The notes under the pieces are model-generated. The model had not been told where the DNA came from. It did no database searches and saw only the letters and a program-made list of their open reading frames with translations. The position numbers and the translations under genes were made by a program. Below, piece after piece: positions 27,148 through 30,153 of a stretch of DNA of 30,153 bases (its first letter is position 1; every line of letters starts with the position of its first letter). Source of the stretch: an archaeon (GTDB lineage: Archaea > Nanobdellota > Nanobdellia > Woesearchaeales > UBA9642); assembly GCA_043806035.1 (NCBI GenBank), contig JAZDHK010000009.1:1-30153 (forward strand), given 5' to 3'.

Positions 27148-27255
27148 ATGAAAAAGAGTGTGGGCAAGCTGAGTCACGCAGTGGCTTCTCTTACTGAGCA
27201 TGCCAAGGAAAAGATCTGCGATCAATTCTGGTCGAACATGCGAAACAGGAATTAA
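27148..27255 (+). CDS. Candidate 35-aa leader peptide MKKSVGKLSHAVASLTEHAKEKICDQFWSNMRNRN
   Basis: SD GAGGTG at 27135-27140, 7 nt before the ATG; enclosed by an 11-bp long-range inverted repeat. Confidence 0.4.
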   Translation: MKKSVGKLSHAVASLTEHAKEKICDQFWSNMRNRN

Positions 27256-27443
27256 GACAGCGTTTCTCCATAGGTTGGATTTTTGACATCGAAGGCAGTC
27301 CTGTTCATGGAAGAGCATCCTCTTCAGCAAGGGGAGGCAAAAAACGTCATAGCTGCGGCGTTATCAACGGGCAGAGACTGATTCTGTTCACGCGAGCTGC
27401 TCGTTCTGAAAAAAATATGCTCAAAAACCACATTTTTTTATAG

Positions 27444-28376
27444 TTGCCCGTACTTCCTTCAGGCGTGATAGACTCAATCATTAACTGTGATAACATTTCA
27501 GCAGCGGATGTTGTCTTGCTCGCCGCAAATTATGACAGGACCTCTTCTTTCGGGAAAGGCGCGGACAAAGGCCCTCAAGCAATAAAGCGGTGCTTGGATG
27601 GGCAGCTGGAATTGTATGATCCGTATACGGGAACCACTCCAACACAGCTGTACAAGATAGCATATCATGATCTTGGCGACCTTAACTACTTGCGGCCGGA
27701 AGAGATGGTCAGAAAAGTTGCGGAAGAATTCAAAAAACTGTATTGTGCAGGCAAATTTGTGGTAAGCTTGGGTGGCGAGCACTCAATATCCATAGCGCCA
27801 TTCCGTGTTCTTGCAGAAAAGAATCCGCAAGAAGTTACTGTTTTGCAGATTGATGCGCATGCTGACTTGCGGGATGATGATTCTGATTATGCGGACGAAC
27901 CTCATGGCAAGTATGCGCATTGCTGCGTGATGCGACGCGCTCACGAGCTGGGCTTGAAGACTGTCCAGGTGGGCATACGGGCGTATTCTGGAGAGGAGCA
28001 AGCATTCATGAAGGGCATGACTGTATTCAAATGGAACCAGGAAAGACTGCCCGCTGTTGAAGAAATAATTGAGGCCATTACGACAGAGAACGTGTATCTT
28101 ACACTCGATGTTGATGGTATCGATCCTGCGCACATGCCTGCGACGGGCACGCCCGTTCAGGGAGGGCTGAGCTGGCAGTACACGCTTAATTTGTTATACC
28201 GGCTGGCATGCCAGAAGAACGTTCTTGCCGCCGACATTGTTGAGGTGGCTCCCCGCAGCACTGATGCATTGACAGAATACGGCGCTGCCCAACTCTGCTA
28301 CAACCTCATCGCGTGGAACATGCCCCACATTCTTCCTGACGCACGCCAGGAATGCAAACACTCCTACGCAAGATGA
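27444..28376 (+). CDS. speB: Agmatinase (ureohydrolase); start uncertain (TTG 27444, or ATG 27417 with an in-frame TAG)
   Basis: YDRTSSFGKG...GP.AI, GGEHS, DAHADL, VGIR, DVDGIDP, TGTPVQGG, DIVEVAP. Confidence 0.92.
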   Translation: MPVLPSGVIDSIINCDNISAADVVLLAANYDRTSSFGKGADKGPQAIKRCLDGQLELYDPYTGTTPTQLYKIAYHDLGDLNYLRPEEMVRKVAEEFKKLYCAGKFVVSLGGEHSISIAPFRVLAEKNPQEVTVLQIDAHADLRDDDSDYADEPHGKYAHCCVMRRAHELGLKTVQVGIRAYSGEEQAFMKGMTVFKWNQERLPAVEEIIEAITTENVYLTLDVDGIDPAHMPATGTPVQGGLSWQYTLNLLYRLACQKNVLAADIVEVAPRSTDALTEYGAAQLCYNLIAWNMPHILPDARQECKHSYAR

Positions 28377-28430
28377 GCGAACTAAAACTGGAGAAGGCTG
28401 TGCGATCATTATAAACGGGTCGAAGATTCG

Positions 28431-29411
28431 CTAATCTGGCTTTAGCATCTCTTCGTAGGCGGGCATCCATGCTTCGTGAATCATGATGAGATGCTCATAA
28501 TTCCTGATGACGTGGGGGAATCGCTTCCTAAGGTCGTTGACTATAGTGTTAAATTCCTTGTAGTTCTCGACCACAAATTCTGGCTCCATTTCCCACGGTG
28601 CGAGGCTTCGTATGTAGTAGAGAGCTTTTGGATGTGTTCTCATCCATTCGGCAAGGGCTGCCTCGTCTTTTTTCGATACTGTCCTGAAATAGATGAATAA
28701 CTTGAAGAATTCCAGACCAAGTTTTGTAAAATCGACAGCCAATCTGTAGCTCAATATTATTTTTTTCTCCTCTAATTTCTTGATTCGAGCCCGAACGATA
28801 TCGATTGTTGAATGCGCTTTTCTCGCCAATTGCATAAGGGGAATTCTTGCATCATTGGCCAAGATAGTGAGCAATTTGTAATCCAAGTCGTCGATTTCGT
28901 TGTTGACGACATCTCCGCCGAAGACGACGAATGAGCCGTTCGTATCATTGGTGAAGAATTTCTTGTTGTATTGTTTTGTATCGACCATCGTCCCCAGGAT
29001 CTTGCTGACGATAAGGCGTTCCCATTTGGAAAGCAGTGCGTTAATTTGCCGGTAGTATTCGGTGATGCTTTTTGACAGGATGGCAAAGACACAGTCGAAT
29101 GCGCCATCGGAAATGCCCATCCAGTAGATGTCTTTATTGTGCTTTAGTTCTTCAAAGAATTTCTCTCGTTCCTCAGGGATATTTTCAAGCTTCAAGTACA
29201 CCTTGAACATATAGTAACCCAGTTTGTTCGGATTTATCGACGTGATGAACTTCTCTATTATCCCTCTGTTCTGGAGTTGCTGGATTCTATATTTTACTGC
29301 CTCTCGTGATTTGTTGACTTTCTTGGCGAGTATTGAATTGGGGATTCTGCAATTCTTGTCCAATTCTGCAAGTATCTTCCTATCAGTCAAATCAAGCTTA
29401 AATTTCTCCAT
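28431..29411 (-). CDS. Lrp/AsnC family regulator with two tandem HTH+RAM units
   Basis: LDLTDRKILAELDKNCR...LAK...S...V.YRI, repeated as IDDLDYKLLTILANDAR...LAR......V..RI. Confidence 0.88.
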   Translation of the reverse strand: MEKFKLDLTDRKILAELDKNCRIPNSILAKKVNKSREAVKYRIQQLQNRGIIEKFITSINPNKLGYYMFKVYLKLENIPEEREKFFEELKHNKDIYWMGISDGAFDCVFAILSKSITEYYRQINALLSKWERLIVSKILGTMVDTKQYNKKFFTNDTNGSFVVFGGDVVNNEIDDLDYKLLTILANDARIPLMQLARKAHSTIDIVRARIKKLEEKKIILSYRLAVDFTKLGLEFFKLFIYFRTVSKKDEAALAEWMRTHPKALYYIRSLAPWEMEPEFVVENYKEFNTIVNDLRKRFPHVIRNYEHLIMIHEAWMPAYEEMLKPD

Positions 29412-29533
29412 TAGTTTTTACATATGTTGTGATAATATATAAGTTTTACCATAAGACGGTCAAAAATCAATAGAAAGTTTATTATTTCTATTAAGTTACT
29501 ATTGATGAGTAATTAACAAAATGAGGTGACAAA

Positions 29534-29914
29534 ATGACTAATTTGAATTTCGAATACAACACGAAAATAGATGACCAGCTCTATTTCATAGGAACAAGCG
29601 GCACAACGTTCACGGACAAAATCTACGGGGATGTGTACGTGCTCAAAGAGTTGTCCCGTGAATCTACGCACTGGAAAAGAGTCGCAGGTGAAAATATCTG
29701 GGATCATCAAGACGGAGAGTTCACATCCCATGAAACTATCAAGGCCAAACGGATAATTGACTTGCAGCGAATTGTCCTGACTCCACCAGGTGCTGAAAGA
29801 ATAAATCTCGAATCAGAACTAGAAAAGAAACTCGGTCTAGATACTGCCGGAGCAGCTGCTTTTATTGAACCGTTATATGACCATTATGCTAAACTTGCTA
29901 AAGAGAGAGCGTAA
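29534..29914 (+). CDS. Hypothetical protein (126 aa)
   Basis: SD GAGGTGA just upstream; divergent from the Lrp gene. Confidence 0.7.
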   Translation: MTNLNFEYNTKIDDQLYFIGTSGTTFTDKIYGDVYVLKELSRESTHWKRVAGENIWDHQDGEFTSHETIKAKRIIDLQRIVLTPPGAERINLESELEKKLGLDTAGAAAFIEPLYDHYAKLAKERA

Positions 29915-29962
29915 GATCACTCTATTGGCTCGCCCTCGAGAACATGCGTGCTGCTGAAAGAA

Positions 29963-30153
29963 TCATGCTAAAATAGTTTTAAAGAAATCGTCGATGATCT
30001 TTTTCGCTTCTGCAATGGTCTGGTAGTCATCATTAATGATGTAATCTGATCCGTTTATCATGGGAGAGACTCTTTTTCCCGGTGCTGGCCGGAATAAGCA
30101 CAGCACGGGCTTTTTGTTCTCGACAGCCCTGCCGATTTCATACCCGACACCCA
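29963..30153 (-). CDS. 3' part of a nucleoside 2-deoxyribosyltransferase / DNPH1(Rcl)-like N-hydrolase (cut by the window edge)
   Basis: Manual translation GVGYEIGRAVENKKPVLCLFRPAPGKRVSPMING...TILA*, matching the G-G-E-G-A...P-L-L...S-M--G family signature; absent from the ORF track. Confidence 0.85.
   Translation of the reverse strand, partial: GVGYEIGRAVENKKPVLCLFRPAPGKRVSPMINGSDYIINDDYQTIAEAKKIIDDFFKTILA

Noticed and set aside
27097-27330. 77-aa minus-strand ORF
   Set aside because: TTG start, no promoter or SD, no motifs.
27198-27443. Open frame without ATG/GTG/TTG until 27417, reachable by a -1 shift from the 35-aa ORF (EHAKE/EHAKQ echo)
   Set aside because: No canonical slippery heptamer and no recognisable homology; a pseudogene remnant cannot be excluded but is unsupported.

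Overview
Archaeal chromosomal segment, shown by deoxyhypusine synthase, fibrillarin, Nop5, Dim2/Pno1-type KH protein, SRP54, a PINA-like ATPase and TATA-box promoters. A DPANN/Woesearchaeota-like origin is inferred, not proven. About 33 CDSs; no rRNA, tRNA, CRISPR array or transposase was seen. Most transcription units have a TATA box about 19-24 nt before a (G)CATG start, implying leaderless mRNAs; I used this to correct several ORF starts. Main leads: (1) a pyruvoyl arginine decarboxylase fused to a degenerate SET domain; (2) a promoter- and terminator-bounded ~110-nt candidate sRNA whose hairpin loop displays the 16S anti-Shine-Dalgarno sequence; (3) short uORFs, a structured leader and an in-frame amber codon ahead of the polyamine genes dhs and speB; (4) a coupled operon of two MNT/HEPN-like genes and three TPR-like paralogs; (5) a bacterial-type glycerolipid acyltransferase; (6) a beta-propeller + KaiC-like ATPase operon. 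All calls are motif recognition by eye; no searches were run.
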